Part shown: piece by piece, positions 1 to 12,757 of the stretch | How positions within the stretch are numbered: the stretch's first letter is position 1 | Layout: every line of letters starts with the position of its first letter | Source of the DNA: Chiloscyllium plagiosum | Lineage: Eukaryota | Assembly (NCBI RefSeq): GCF_004010195.1 | Contig: NC_057760.1 | Coordinates: forward strand, 2,030,386 to 2,094,385 | Direction: 5' to 3' | Length of the DNA stretch: 64,000 bases | Made by a program: the position numbers and the translations under genes | The notes under the pieces: model-generated | The model's database searches: none | The model's input: the letters and a program-made list of their open reading frames with translations, nothing else | Told to the model about the DNA's origin: nothing

Positions 1-57
1 GGTGTGCACTGGTTGGGCCGAAGTGCCTGTTTCCACATTGTAGGAAATCTAATCTAA
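1..57 (+). mobile_element. HE1-type SINE 3' tail
   Basis: gggccgaag...cctgtttccaca...aatctaatct, same as the tails of the full copies in this window. Confidence 0.7.
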
Positions 58-524
58 ATATTAGAACAGAAATAATCCACAACAGCAACTTGGTGATTTT
101 GTACTATGAATTGTGCCTTGGCTGATGCAGCAGATGTTAAATATTGCACATTTCATACACATTTCATAGCCCTCACTTCCGCCTAGTACAGAACTGTGTC
201 CCCACCGTATAGTGCTGTCCCCCCCCTGCATAACCCCACGTTATTTCAGCGGAGACAACTATCCAGTACCCCGTGGAATGCCACGATCGAACCTTCCTCC
301 ACTACACTTAAAAGCAGCATATTTCAAGCCATGACTACTTGCTGCGTGAAAAAAAAAGGTTTGCATTGCATTTGCTTCTTTCGCAAAACACAAACTAAAT
401 CCTCAGTCTGTCTACAAGTGGGAATAGGTTTTCCCTATCTCGCGACTTTCAGAACCATCAAATCTCCTAGTTGTCATTTCCAAGGAAAAAAAAGTTCAAT
501 CTTACCTCCAAGAGGAATATTTCA

Positions 525-817
525 GCTCAGTGGTTAGCACTGCTGCCTCACAGCAACAGGGTCCCAGGTTCAATTCCAGCCTTGAGTGACTGTCTGTGTG
601 GAGTTTGCACATTCTCCCCGAGTCTGCGTAGGTTTCCTCCCACAGTCCAAAGATGTGCAAGTCAGATGAACTGGCCATGCTAAATTCCCAGTGTTAGGTG
701 CATTAGTCAGAAGGAAATGTGACTGGCTGGATTGCTCTTCGGATGGTCGGTGTGGACTTGTTGGGCCGAAGGGCCTGTTTCCACACTGTAGGGAATCAAA
801 TGTAATCTAATCTAATC
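525..817 (+). mobile_element. HE1-type V-SINE (tRNA-derived)
   Basis: A-box-like gctcagtggttagc, B-box-like ggttcaattcc, central domain 'tgtgtggagtttgcacattctcccc', (AATCT)n tail. Confidence 0.88.
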
Positions 818-1344
818 CTTTCAAGTATACACCAATCTTGTAAAGGCTCTTCAATGCTTTCATATCATTCCTATAGTCTGATGCCCACAGCTGTATGCAG
901 CACTCCAACTGAGGTCTAACCAGCATTTAAATGAGTTCATAACCTACCTCCATATGTTCTATCCCAACTTAATTATGCACTATTCTAGTCTTCATAACAG
1001 CTGTCTCCCTGTCTTGCTACTTTTGTAATTTATGCACATACACACCCAGGTCTCTGCTTGTTTGCTCTAAAATAATTCCCTTTATATTGTACCGTCACTC
1101 CATGTTCTTTATGGCATCACCTCACTTCTGTATTGAACGTTATCTGCCACTTATTCCTCTACATCAGTGTTTACATCCTATTGAAGATCTTTAGCACTTT
1201 GTTGTCCCTTGCACAAACATCAGGTAGTTTATATTGTAGAAAAGTAACATTCATTCATATTATAGAAAAATAAAAATGACCCAAGGTATCTTCATTACAA
1301 AACCCATTCCTCCCAGCCGAAAAATATCCATGAGAGACAAAAAA

Positions 1345-1660
1345 AACTGCAGACTCTGCAACTCAAAGTAGTCAAACAGGAAGCTGGAAGAACACAACAA
1401 GCCAAGTAGCATCAGCGGTGGAGAAGTCAACCTTTCAGGTATAATTGTTCTTCATGACTAGATTTGGGTGAGCTACAGATAAAGAAGGGAAGGTGTGGAG
1501 GGGAGTAGCAGAAGCTTAGGTAGTGACTACCTCACTAATCTGCTACTCTTCTCTCCCTACCCTCTCTTTTTCTTAGCTCCCCCTTCCCCGTCTAGTCATA
1601 AAGAACAGTTATACCTGAAATGTTGACTTGTCTACCTCCTAATGCCGCCTGGCCTGCTGT
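1345..1660. mobile_element. Old Penelope-derived fold-back element
   Basis: Imperfect inverted arms at about 1424-1461 and 1591-1629 resembling the family B repeat. Confidence 0.6.
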
Positions 1661-2329
1661 AAAAATATCTATTAACTGTTGCTAATTACTATCCCTAACC
1701 ATTTGTGGTATCAGTAAGAGTAAGGAGTTATTTATTGAATCACTTAAGAGCAGTAAAGACTTTATAAACTGCAAGCTTGCAAAACCCACAAATGTACACA
1801 TGCACAATCATTAAGACAGACAGTTTAACACATTGTGATGGAAAAAGAATCTAGATAGGGTAAACAAAATTCCAAAGAAGAGAAGTCCAGACCACAAGAT
1901 GGAAACTTTCAGCTCTTGTGTTTCTATTTGTTTTACAATGATGAGATGCTGTTATCTCTATGTGATGATGGTCCTTTCATCATGAGAACTTGGGTCTTTT
2001 CTTGCATGAATTTTGGATTGGATTTTATGACTTTTACCCTGTACAGGATGAGGCGAGAGGGAGAAAGGGTGATTGGGGGTCTTTTTCCTCTGTTGCTGTT
2101 GGCCCCTACAGATTTTTTTTGCCAGGCAGAATTTCCTTCAAGATTTTTAGCTCTGTTCAGTCTATAAAATTTCCCTCCTATTGCTTCCAAAAAACAACTT
2201 TGTACAGCTCAAAAAAATGCCACCCTTGTTTTTCAAATTGCAAAATGTTCCTGGTATTCCAGCCACAGCAGTCCAACTCCCAGTTCAGTTTATACAAAGA
2301 AGACAGTGTAGAAATGGACCATTCAGCCT

Positions 2330-4900
2330 GATGGATCTGCTTTACCAGTGAAGTAGCTACAGAGATAGTGGATGCATTGATCGTAATGTTCCAAGAACCT
2401 CTAGATTCCAGTAAAGCCCCAATGGATTGGAAAATTGCTATTGTAACGTTGTGACAAAAGCCAGGTAACTAGAAACCAGTTAGCTTAATATCTGTTATTG
2501 GAAAAATATCAGAGTCTATTATAAAGACTAGGCTATCAGAGTATTTAGAAATGATCAAACAGTGTCAGCAATCAGGAGAAATCATGCCTGACCATTTTGC
2601 AAGAATTCTTTGGAATGAAAACAAGCAAAGTGGATAAAGGTAAAGTGGTGGATGTAATATGGGGATTTACTGCTCAATTAGATTAATAACTTGCAGAAGG
2701 AAAGTGAATATACTGTAGCCAAGCCTGCAGATGACAAAATGATGAGAAGGCAAGTGGTGAGAATGTAAAAGTCTAGTGGAATATAGACAGGTTAGGCAAG
2801 TGAGCAAAAACTCGGCAGAAGGAATAGAATTTGGGAAAATGTGAGGTTATGCACTTTGACAGGAAGAGAGGGGCTCAATATTTATTAAATGGAGAAAAAC
2901 TGCAGAAAAATTTGGAGGATCCATATGCATGAATCACAAGAAGCTAGCATCCAAGTTCAGTGGGTGATAAGGAAGGCAAGTGGAATGTTGGTCTTTATTT
3001 CAAAGGGAATGGAGTACAAAACTAGAGCAGTTTTGCTAGAACTACACAAGACATTAGTCAGACCACAGCTGGAATACTGTGAATAGCTTTGGGCCTTTTA
3101 TCCAAGGAAAGATATATTAGCATTGGAGGCAATCCAGGGAAGAATCAATAGGTTGATACCAGACTTGGAGGGACTGTTATGAGGACAGGTTGAGTAGGTA
3201 GGACTTGTACTCATTGGAATATAAAAGAATGAGAGGTAACTTTATGCAAGTAACAAAGACTTAGGAGGCTTGACTGAATAAATGCAGAAAGGTTGTTTCC
3301 CTTTGAAGGAGAGTCTAGGATCAGAGCATGTAATCTCAGAATAAAGGGTTGCACAATTAAGACAGATGAGGAGGAAGAGTTTGCCAATTGGATACAAAAT
3401 TGGCTTAATGGCAGGAGACAGTGGCAGTGGAGGGTTTTTTTTAAGACTGCAGCCTGTGATCAGCCATGTTCCACAGGGATCGGTGCTGGGTCTACTTTTG
3501 TCTGTCATCTATTTAAATAATTTAGATGAAAATGTAGAAGTTTGCAGATTACACCAAAATTGGCATCAGTGGACAGTGGAGAAGGGGGTTGTTTAAAATT
3601 ACAAAGCTCTTGATCAACTGAGTCAATGGGCTGAGACGTGGCAGATGGAATTTAATTTGGACTAATGCAAGCTGGTGAAACAAACAAGAACAGGACTATA
3701 CAGTTAATGGTAGGACCCTGGGGAGTGTTGTAGAACAGAGACCCCTAGGGGTTTATGTACACAATTCATTGAAGTTTGCATCAGGGTTGTTAAGGCAGTG
3801 TTTAGCACACTGGTTTTCATTGTTCAGGTCATTGAGTATAGGAGTTGAGGTTGAGTTGAATGTTGCTGAGGCCTTTTCTGGAGTACTGTGTCTAGTTCTG
3901 GCTGCCCTGTTAACAAGCTGGAGGGGGTTCAGAAAATATTTATCAGGGTGTCACTGCAAATGGAAAGTTTAAGTTATAGGCAGAGGCTGGAACATTTTTC
4001 ACTGGAGCATAGAAGATGGCGGTGTGACCTTTAGAGGGTTTTTAAATCATGAGGGGTGTAGATACAGTGAATGGCAGATAGCTTTTCCCTAGAGTGGGAA
4101 ATTTCAAAACATGGGGCATATTTTTAAGGAGATAGGATTTTAAAAAAGGGGGAGATTTGTTTAAAAATAGTGGTTCATGTGTGGAATGAACTTCCAGAGG
4201 AAATAATCAGTATGGGTAGATTAGATTACATTACATTACAGTGTGGAAACAGGCCCTTCAGCCCAACAAGTCCACACCGACCCGCCGAAGCGCAACCCAC
4301 CCATACCACTATATTTACCCCTTACCTAACACTACGGGTAATTTAGCATGGCCAATTCACCTGGGTTGCACATCTTTGGACTGTGGGAGGAAACCAGAGC
4401 ACCCGGAGGAAACCCACGCAGACACGGGGAGAATGTGCAAACTCCACACAGACAGTCGCCTGAGGCGGGAATTGAACCCAGGTCTCTGGCGCCGTGAGGC
4501 AGCAGTGCTAACCACCATGCTGCCCATACAGTTGTACAGTTACAATATTTAGAAGCCATTTGGATAGTTACATGAATATGAAAGGTTTGGAGGGATATGG
4601 GCCAAGCACAGCCAGGTGGGACTAGTTTAGTTTGGGATTATGGTCAGCATGGACTGGCTGGACCAAAGGGTCTGTTCTGGCCATATTATCTGAGGGCAGG
4701 GAATCTGTGAAATTCTTTATTGCAGAGAGCTATCAAGACAGGGCTGTTAAATAATATTCAAGACTGAGCCACAGACTTTTAATCAGTAAGGGAATCTCAT
4801 TCTGTGGGGTGGATAGAGTGGAGGAGGTCAGCAGGAAAGTGGAACAAGTGTTATTCAATCAGCCATGATTTCAATGACTAGCTGAACAGACTATGGGCTG
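2330..4900 (+). mobile_element. Nested decayed CR1 LINE ORF2 and 3' fragments
   Basis: Peptides LVRPQLEYC and VPQGSVLG; CR1 3' UTR; at least two nested copies, interrupted by a SINE. Confidence 0.8.
4219..4525 (-). mobile_element. HE1-type V-SINE inserted into a CR1 3' end
   Basis: Reverse complement of the same head, central domain and tail; CR1 sequence continues on both sides. Confidence 0.88.
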
Positions 4901-5149
4901 AATGGTCAATTACTACTCCTGCATCTTACATAGGATGATATCAGAACTCAATTCTAGAATGACAGATCCTTTCAGTGAAAGAGTCAAGATGGATTTCATC
5001 CCAAAATCTAACATTGCTAATAAAATAGTAGATACAACAGTCTTAGTCTTTCAAAATACACCTTGTTTCAGGAAAAAGGAGTCATAACATGGAAAAATAA
5101 TCCCTTCAGTTCAAGGAAAGTAGAATATCGGAAACCATAGACCATTTCA

Positions 5150-6385
5150 ACATGACGTGGAGGAGCCGGTGTTGGACTGGGGTGGGCGACAAAGTTAAAA
5201 ATCAAACAACACCAGGTTATAGTCCAACAGGTTTATTTGGAGGCAGTAGCTTTCAGAGCCTTTCTACTTCATCAGGTAGTTGTGAAGTATAAAGATCATA
5301 AGGTACAGAATGTATAGCAAAAGATTAGTGTTATAATGATATATTGAACAAAACTGGATTGTTAAGTCTTTCATCTTTAGAATGCAGGTTTTGGTGCATT
5401 AATATGTAAATCCCAGAACTACTTTTAACTCATCTTCGAGATAGCTTAAGGTTTTATAAAAAAAGGTGACATCTCATCTCAGACAAGGCATTAAAAGTTG
5501 TGAGGTCACAGTCTGTCTGTGTCCCAATCTTGAATCAGATGGGGAAGAAGAGAGGGGAAAGAGTGAGTGGAAGAAAGAGTGAGTGAGTGGGTGGAGAGAA
5601 AACAGGGGAGGGGGGGGGTGTGAGGGGAGAGAGAGAGAGCGAGCGAGCGCGAGAGAGAGCGCGCGATCTGGATGGGTTACTCTACAGAGGGTCAATGTGG
5701 AGTTGTTGGGCTGAAGGGCCTGTTTCCACACTGTAAGGAATCTAATTAGAGAGAGACAGAGCGAGAGAATAGTGCAGTGGAGTCACCTGTAGTGTGACAT
5801 GTACCCAAGATCCCAGTTGAGGCCATCCTCATGAGTACTAAACTTGTTGGTCACATTCCTCCTCATCTGAGCAGATTCTGTGTATGCATAGGGCTTGTCT
5901 GTAGGGGATGGCTGTTTTAGTATGTTAATGGTGGGAGCTAGAGAAGTGTAGCATTTGTAAGGTTATCTGTGTGTTTGCAATAGAGTGAGGTACTGAGGTA
6001 CCTATCCTTGATGGAGATACACATGTCCAAGAATGAGTAGTCTATGCTCAGTCTGATGGTGGGATGAAACTCATTGATATCACTGTGTAGTTGTTTCACT
6101 GACTCCTCACCATGGGTCCAGTGGAAGAAAATGTCATCAATATATCTGGTGTTTAGTGTTGGTTGGAGGTCCTGTGCAGCAAAGAAGTCTTGTTTGAGCT
6201 AGTGCATGAAAATGTTTGTATATTGGGGTGCAAATTTGGTCCCCATGACTGTTCTGTGCATCTGGTTTGTCAGATGGTGCTCAGCGATTGGCAATTGTTG
6301 GTATCGAGTACGGAGGCTGTTGCAGGAATACTATCATCATGGTGGATACTGGTGTAGAGTGTTGAAATGCCCATTGTGACCATTT
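5150..6385 (-). mobile_element. Penelope-like element (family A): RT remnant plus terminal repeat
   Basis: Minus strand near 6150-6040 reads RYIDDIFFHWTHGEESVKQLHSDINEFHPTIRLSIDYS; repeat at 5150-5277 matches the 11.3-12.1 kb units; interrupted by a GA-rich tract and SINE tail at about 5540-5770. Confidence 0.8.
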
Positions 6386-7320
6386 AGAGTGTCCTGTCAT
6401 GGGAACATGATAGACTTGATCATTAGAGGTTATAGCTGCATACTTAAATGGGAAGAGTCAATGGAAAAGCACATTAACTAATTTATCAGAGCAATAACAC
6501 TGTAGGTAAAGGGGAGCTTTTGGATGTATTGTACTTGCATTTTCAAAATCACATCAAAAGCACCACATCAAAAGTTATTGCAGAAAATTAAAGCTTTAGT
6601 GCAAAGGGTAAAATACTAGAATGGACAGAAAATTGGCAGACAGAAAACCATACACAAATAGATTTGTGCCCGATTGGCAGAATGTGATATGGAGTCAATG
6701 GTCAAAGAGGAGATAGTAAGGGCATAATAGCTAAATTCATAGCTGATAAAGGTAGGTAGTATGATGTGGGCAAAAATCTGGTAGGAGTGTAATAAGGTTG
6801 TGAAGTTGTTCACTTTGGCAGGGAGAATTAAAAAGTAGACTATTAAACAGAATGACTGCAGAATTCCAACATTCAGACATGCTGGTTGGTGAGTCACACA
6901 AGTATATAGATACAGCACAATCAAGGCAGCTAATGGGATACAAATCTGTTAGGAGAATGGAAAATGAAAAGAAAAGGATGTATAACTGACACCCATCTGA
7001 TACTGTATGCAGGTTTGATCGGATTTCAAAGGGCAATGGAGACATGTCCAATGCATTTTGGAGGTCTAGTAGATTTTCACCTACAGCGAGCAGGTTGTCT
7101 TAAAGGTAGTTTGGACAGAACTAAGTGAGACAGCTTTAGAACTCCACCTCAGGAGGAAGTGGAATTGAATGTTATACAGCACAGATTCTTGTTAGACTGG
7201 GAAAAACAAAAGGTTTTCAGGATGTGAAAGTTTGGAACTCAAAACAAATCAGCCATGATCTAATGAAATGGATGAACAGGCTCAAGGAGCTAAAACAATT
7301 GGCTTGTTTTTGTTCTATGA
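6385..7320 (+). mobile_element. Old CR1 LINE fragment
   Basis: Degenerate RT and 3' region similar to the other CR1 copies. Confidence 0.6.
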
Positions 7321-7954
7321 AAAAGCTAAACTATGGATGCACTAAGACCTGAACTCTTCTAGTTTTCTCCCCCTACCCATGCTTATTTATCATTTGAAAT
7401 TCAGCATCAGATTCAACTCCAACTTACTGCTCTTCCTAACAGAAGTGAAGTGGGTATACCTATACACTAGGCTGTAGCTGTGAAGGCAACAGCTCACCAC
7501 CTTACCTTCAAAGGCCCTTAGGGTATAGGGAATAAATACTAGTCCATTTAACAAGACCTACAGCCCATGAACAAATAATTAAGAAAAACAAAATATCACC
7601 AATGATTGCAATTCTACTACAGTTACAGGTCCCTCAAAATAAAAAAACAGAAATTCTCACCATCAACTCATTCATCCCTTCCAGAATCCCTAGTCCAAAC
7701 CAAGCTTGTCTTTAACCCCACTATCACAAACAGCCAATAACTAACTTCTACTATTACTCTGATCTTCTAGGTTTAAGTAACAAGTTGATGACTTTGTCAA
7801 ACAAGATGACGGCTCAACTGCCCAATCAGCTGTGCACCCACTTTATAAGCTTTCCAATCAAAGTTCTAAGGCCATTATTGCACTGCAATTTAACAATGCA
7901 TCTATTGCAACTAGCCAATAGGATGGCAACCCATTGCTATCAAGGCAAGAAGCC

Positions 7955-8111
7955 TAAACAGGAGTGTCAAAAAAAAAATAAACAGGAGATTTGCTGCACG
8001 CAGCAGTCCCCTGCAACCGCAGATTGCGGTGGTTCACGGACTCCCAGCCCAACTGCTTGTTCTGTGGCGCTGTGGAGTCCGTGGACCACGTATATATTGG
8101 GTGTAAAAAAA
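7955..8111 (+). mobile_element. Short Tx1/L1-clade LINE-derived insertion with 13-bp TSD
   Basis: 7991-8104 reads LLHAAVPCNRRLRWFTDSQPNCLFCGAVESVDHVYIGC (CCHC, zf-RVT-like); direct repeat AAGGCAAGAAGCC at 7942-7954 and 8112-8124. Confidence 0.75.
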
Positions 8112-8927
8112 AAGGCAAGAAGCCCATGCTACCAAAGTGAGAATGATCCAACACAGAAGGAGGCTGTTTAACCCCCTGATTGAGCCTGAGCAAGCCAATT
8201 AATTCCACTCCTCTGCTTAATCCCTGTACTTTTTTCTTTCCAATACTTATTCATTCTCTTTTGAATGTTACCATTCTAGACTGTACATTTCAGATCAACA
8301 ATTCGCTGAATAAATAATGCTTTTCATCTCTCCCCTGGTTCTTTTACCCATCATTTCCAACTTTCTTGCCAATGTAAACCATTTCTCCCTTTTCACACAA
8401 ACAGACAATTAATGATTTTGAGCATCTCCAACAAATCTTTATCACTTTCTTCACTCTAGGGAGGAGGACAACCTAGATATTCAGTTATCTTCCACGAGGG
8501 AGATACCACCAACACCTCTGGTGTATTGTAAATACCTGAAATTTCAGAAACGCTAGTAGAGGAATGTTAATAGAGACATAGCTATGTTATTACACTTCAG
8601 CACAAGGTTACAGAGCAGCAAATGAGTGATCTAAAAGAAAGACATGCATGTGTCTGGGCAGCACAGCTCATTCAGTACTTTTGGAATGTAGTTATACCTC
8701 TCAGAAAGTATTCTTCTCCAACCCACCTTAAATTGAAATATGTAAAATCAACCTGCTTGGATATGCTGGGACACATTTTCAGCGCATGTCGGACTTGAAT
8801 CCAGACCTTCTGGCCCAGAGACAGGGACGTTATCGCTGTACCATAGGTGCCCTCCACATCAATTATATACTCAGTACAAACTCTTTGTTGACATGTAGAT
8901 TTAGATAGACAATGAAGATGAGGTAAA

Positions 8928-9252
8928 GTAGTGGCATTAATGGTAATGTCAGTAGACTAGTAATCCAGAACTGCAAGCTAGTATTCTGGGGACATGGGTT
9001 CACATTTCAACTGACAGACGATGAAATTTGAATTTAATTTAAAAATGTAGGATTAGAAAATGGTCTAATGGTTGATACAATAAACACATCTGATTCACTA
9101 ATCCCCTTTAAAGAAAGAAATATACCATCCTTACCTGGCGCATCCTTTATGTGACTCCAAACAACAATGTGGTTGACCGTTTTCCATCTGGGCAATTAAG
9201 GCTGGCCAATAAATTTTGCTTCATCCAGTGTTGCCCATATCCCATGAATAAT
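8928..9252 (+). mobile_element. DeuSINE (SacSINE1-like), diverged
   Basis: tRNA-like head plus Deu-like 'ccatccttacctgg...atgtgactcca...caatgtggttgac'; similar to 48470-48772. Confidence 0.6.
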
Positions 9253-10034
9253 AAAACAAATGAAACCAGCATACACTGAACATCACTGGTTCAGGAACAC
9301 ACTCCTCTCATGTGTATCACTAATAACCCTCAAATTTGCCCTCTCGAGATCAAAAATTAATTCCAATATAATTCGGGAAGTGTCTATCAAGTAGTATTGC
9401 CCCTAGTACCAGCATTGATAGGAAAAATTCCAAGGGTACGATGTGCTGTTTGATCACATGAACATTCACCGGGTTCTAAACTGAGGCAAAAGTATTTTCC
9501 ATTCTGCCTCCTTCATTTGTTTTCAGAAAATAAGCAAAGCTGCATTCTTCGTCCATCCTTAGTTGCCCATGGGGAATGTGATGGGGGGGAAAGCCTCATC
9601 TTTGAACCACTGCAGTCCATATGGTGATGCTGATTCAATGCAATTGGGCAGGGAGGAAGTTCCGGGATTGCAGATGAAACAACCACCCACATATGTCCAA
9701 GTTAGGGTGGTCTGAGACTACAACATTCCTCTTGAGTGATAGAGGGCAAAGTGAAAGAAGGTTGGTAAGGGTTTTTTTAAGTAAGCCTATTTATTACAGC
9801 TTTACATCTTATACATCGCATCCTACATACTGCAGCCACAATATACTGGTGATGGAGGAGGATAGTAATTAAAGGGACAATCAGTGAAACTGCCTGGATC
9901 AGCATAGTGAAGGTCTGTTATTTTAACTCATTCAACAGGATGTGGCTTGCTCAGCTACGTCAGAGGGCAGTTATACAGGGTGAGATTAAGTTGAGTGGCA
10001 TGAAGCTTCTGTTGGACCAACTGGCCTGTTTCTT

Positions 10035-10420
10035 TTAAATCTTTCCCCTCTCACCCTAAACCTATGCCCTCTAGTTCTGGACTCCCTCTCCTCAGGGAAA
10101 ATACCTTGTCTGTTTACCCTATCCATGCCCCTCATAATTTTATAAACCTCTCAGGTCACTCCTCAGCCTCTGACACTGCAGGGAAAACAGCCCCAGTCTA
10201 TTCAGCCTCTCCCTGTAGCTCAAAACCTCCAACTTGGCAACATCCTTGTAAATCTTTTCTGAACCCTTTCAAGTTTTAAAACCTCCTTCCAATGGGAGGG
10301 AAACCAGAATTGTACACAATATTCCAAAAGGGGCCTAACCAATGTCCTGTACAGCCGCAACATGACCTCCCAACTCCTGTACTCAATGCACTGACCAATA
10401 AAGGCAAGCATTCTAAGCAT
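10035..10420 (-). mobile_element. CR1/HER1 LINE 3' fragment
   Basis: LAFIGQCIEYRSWEVMLRLYRTLVRPLLEYCVQFW...ERVQKRFTRML. Confidence 0.9.
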
Positions 10421-10494
10421 ATGGAGGAAAATTTTCAGATTTTATTACCCAGTAGCTTAATTCTAACATTATACTCCCTCCTACTGATTCTCGA

Positions 10495-10997
10495 ATCTGG
10501 TCTCCTTCCTATCAGAAGGATGTTGTGAAACATGAAAGGGTTCAGAAAAGATTTACAAGGATGTTGCCAGGGTTGGAGGATTTGAGCTACAGGGAGAGGC
10601 TGAACAGGCTGGGGCTGTTTTCCCTGCAGCGTCGGAGGCTGAGGGGTGACCTTATAGAGGTTTATAAGATCATGAGGGGCATGGATAGGGTAAATAGACA
10701 AGGTCTTTTCCCTGGGGTGGGGGAGTCCAGAACAAGAGGGCATAGGTTTAGGGTGAGAGGGAAAGTATATAAAAGAGACCTGAGGGGCAGCTTTTTCACG
10801 TAGAGGGTAGTACGTGTATGGAATGAGCTGCCAGACGAAGTGGTCGAGGCGACATTTAAAAGGCATAAATGAATAAGAAGGGTTTGGGGAGATATGGGCC
10901 GGGTGCTGGCAAGTGGGACTAGATTGGGTTGGGATATCTGGTCGGCATGGACAGGTTGGACCGAAGGGTCTGTTTCCGTGCTGTACATCTCTATGAA
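10495..10997 (+). mobile_element. CR1/HER1 LINE 3' end
   Basis: ERVQKRFTRMLPGLEDLSYRERLNRLGLFSLQRRRLRGDLIEVYKIM and tail ctgtacatctctatga. Confidence 0.92.
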
Positions 10998-11236
10998 TCA
11001 CACAAGAGGAAATTGTTTCTTCAGTTCTTCAGGATCAAATCGTTTTAACTTCTTAAAACACCTTGCTGATAACCATCAAGAAGGATTATCGACTTTGGGG
11101 ATGATACAGCATTGATACCTCAGGGTTCAGTTAAAGCGTGAAGTTCCAGGAACTCCAGAATTCCCTTCAGTTCAGGAGCTGGAAGGATGTTGATAATGGC
11201 ACTGGGCTTGGTTTTATTTTGCATTACCACTTCTAA

Positions 11237-11248
11237 CCACTAGAGGGC
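11237..11248 (+). promoter_or_regulatory. Candidate CTCF motif CCACTAGAGGGC
   Basis: Close match to the CTCF core consensus in apparently non-repeat sequence; motif match only. Confidence 0.4.
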
Positions 11249-11326
11249 TGACATGACGGTTGTATGACGTACCTACAAATCACAACTCGGTCTCTCTACC
11301 TCCCCCTACTGAACAGTCTCATCAGT

Positions 11327-12129
11327 TAAAAATCACACAACACCAGGTTAGAGTCCAACAGGTTTAGTTGGAAGCACTAGCTTTCGGAGCGCTCTCCTTC
11401 ATCAGGTCATGATTTGGAGACGCCGGTGCTGGACTGGGGTGTACAAAGTTATAAATCACACAATACCTGGTTATAGCCCAACAGGTTTATTTGGCAGCAC
11501 TAGCTTTCGCAACCCTATTACAGCGCTCCGAAAACTAGTGTGCTTCCAATTGAACCTGTTGGACTATAACCTGGGGTTGTGTGATTTATAACTTTGTACA
11601 CCCCAGTCCAACACCGGCATCTCCAAATCATCACAGGGAGTTAACACCTTCAATACCTTATCTGGGCCGGCATGACACCAATTGTTAAAGTGCACTTGAG
11701 AATGTAACATTTAAAAGGGTTTTGCTATTTACATATGAAAGAACTGACACCAACATGGTCATTCTAAAAGATGAGAGACTTAACAAACAATCTGGGTCTT
11801 TTTCAATATATAATTTCAGTTACATCACACTGTAAACTTTTGTTATAAATTCTGTGTCTTACAATCTTATTCTCCACAAACACCTGATGAAGGAGCAATG
11901 CTCTGAAAGCTAGTGCTGCCAAATAAACCTGTTGGGCTATAACCAGGTATTGTGTGATTTCTAACTTTGTACACCCCAGTCCAACACCGGCATCTCCAAA
12001 TCATGACCAGATGAAGGAGCAGCGCTCCGAAAGCTAGTGCTTCCAAATAAACCTGTTGGACTATAACCTGGTGTTTTGTGATTGTTAACTTTGTACACCC
12101 CAGTCCAACACCAACGTCTCCAAATCATG
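11327..12129. mobile_element. Penelope-like (family A) composite insertion: inverted and tandem terminal repeats of about 124 bp with hammerhead cores, 12-bp TSD
   Basis: Two minus-orientation units (11324-11510) and three plus-orientation units (11521-11630 partial, 11881-12006, 12007-12130); TSD AGTCTCATCAGT at 11315-11326 and 12130-12141. Confidence 0.85.
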
Positions 12130-12583
12130 AGTCTCATCAGTACCTGACTCGTAATTTACTCACAATAAATTGCACCTGTATTTCAATTTTACTTTGTCAA
12201 CCCTCCCAAGTCACTTAATGGAGGTTATTAAACCAAACTTGACACTGACCCACATCAGGGGTCTCTATTTGGTCTCAGAAATAGTTTTTTGACAAGTGAC
12301 ATAAAGGAGTAGAGATGAAAATGTTTGGGTTGGGAATTCCAAATCTAGCACCAAGGCAGCAGAAGGCACCTTTGGTGGGGTAATTAAAGTCGAAGATGGT
12401 TAAGAAGCCAGAATTGAAGAGACAGAGAGATATTGAACAGTTAGGCCTGGAGGAAGGTTCAGAGACAGGGATGGGTAACACCATAGAGGTATTTAAAAAC
12501 AAGGGTGAGAAATTCATATTTGTGCTATCCTTGAACCAGGTACAAAAGCAAGTGATACAGGAGTGGTGGATGAACAAGACTTG

Positions 12584-12757
12584 GAGTCGAGAGTGTGGTG
12601 CTGGAAAAGCACAGCAGGTCAGACAGCAACCGAGGAGCAGGAGAATCGGCGTTTTGGGCAAGAGCCCTTCATCAGGATTCTGACCTGACCTGCTGTGCTT
12701 TTCCAGCATCACACTCTCGACTCTGATCTCCAGCATCTGTAGTCCTCACTTTCTCCT
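12584..12757. mobile_element. Penelope-derived (family B) fold-back insertion with decayed hammerhead
   Basis: 39-bp inverted arms at 12584-12622 and 12685-12723; minus strand reads CTGATGAagggctcttgcccAAAACGCC. Confidence 0.75.

Noticed and set aside
525..590. tRNA-like sequences here and near 4460-4525, 18880, 28240 and 48480
   Set aside because: SINE heads that continue into SINE bodies or tails; no complete cloverleaf
11327..12129. Repeat-spacer appearance resembling a CRISPR array
   Set aside because: Units are about 124 bp, partly inverted, have no unique spacers, and match Penelope terminal repeats in a vertebrate genome
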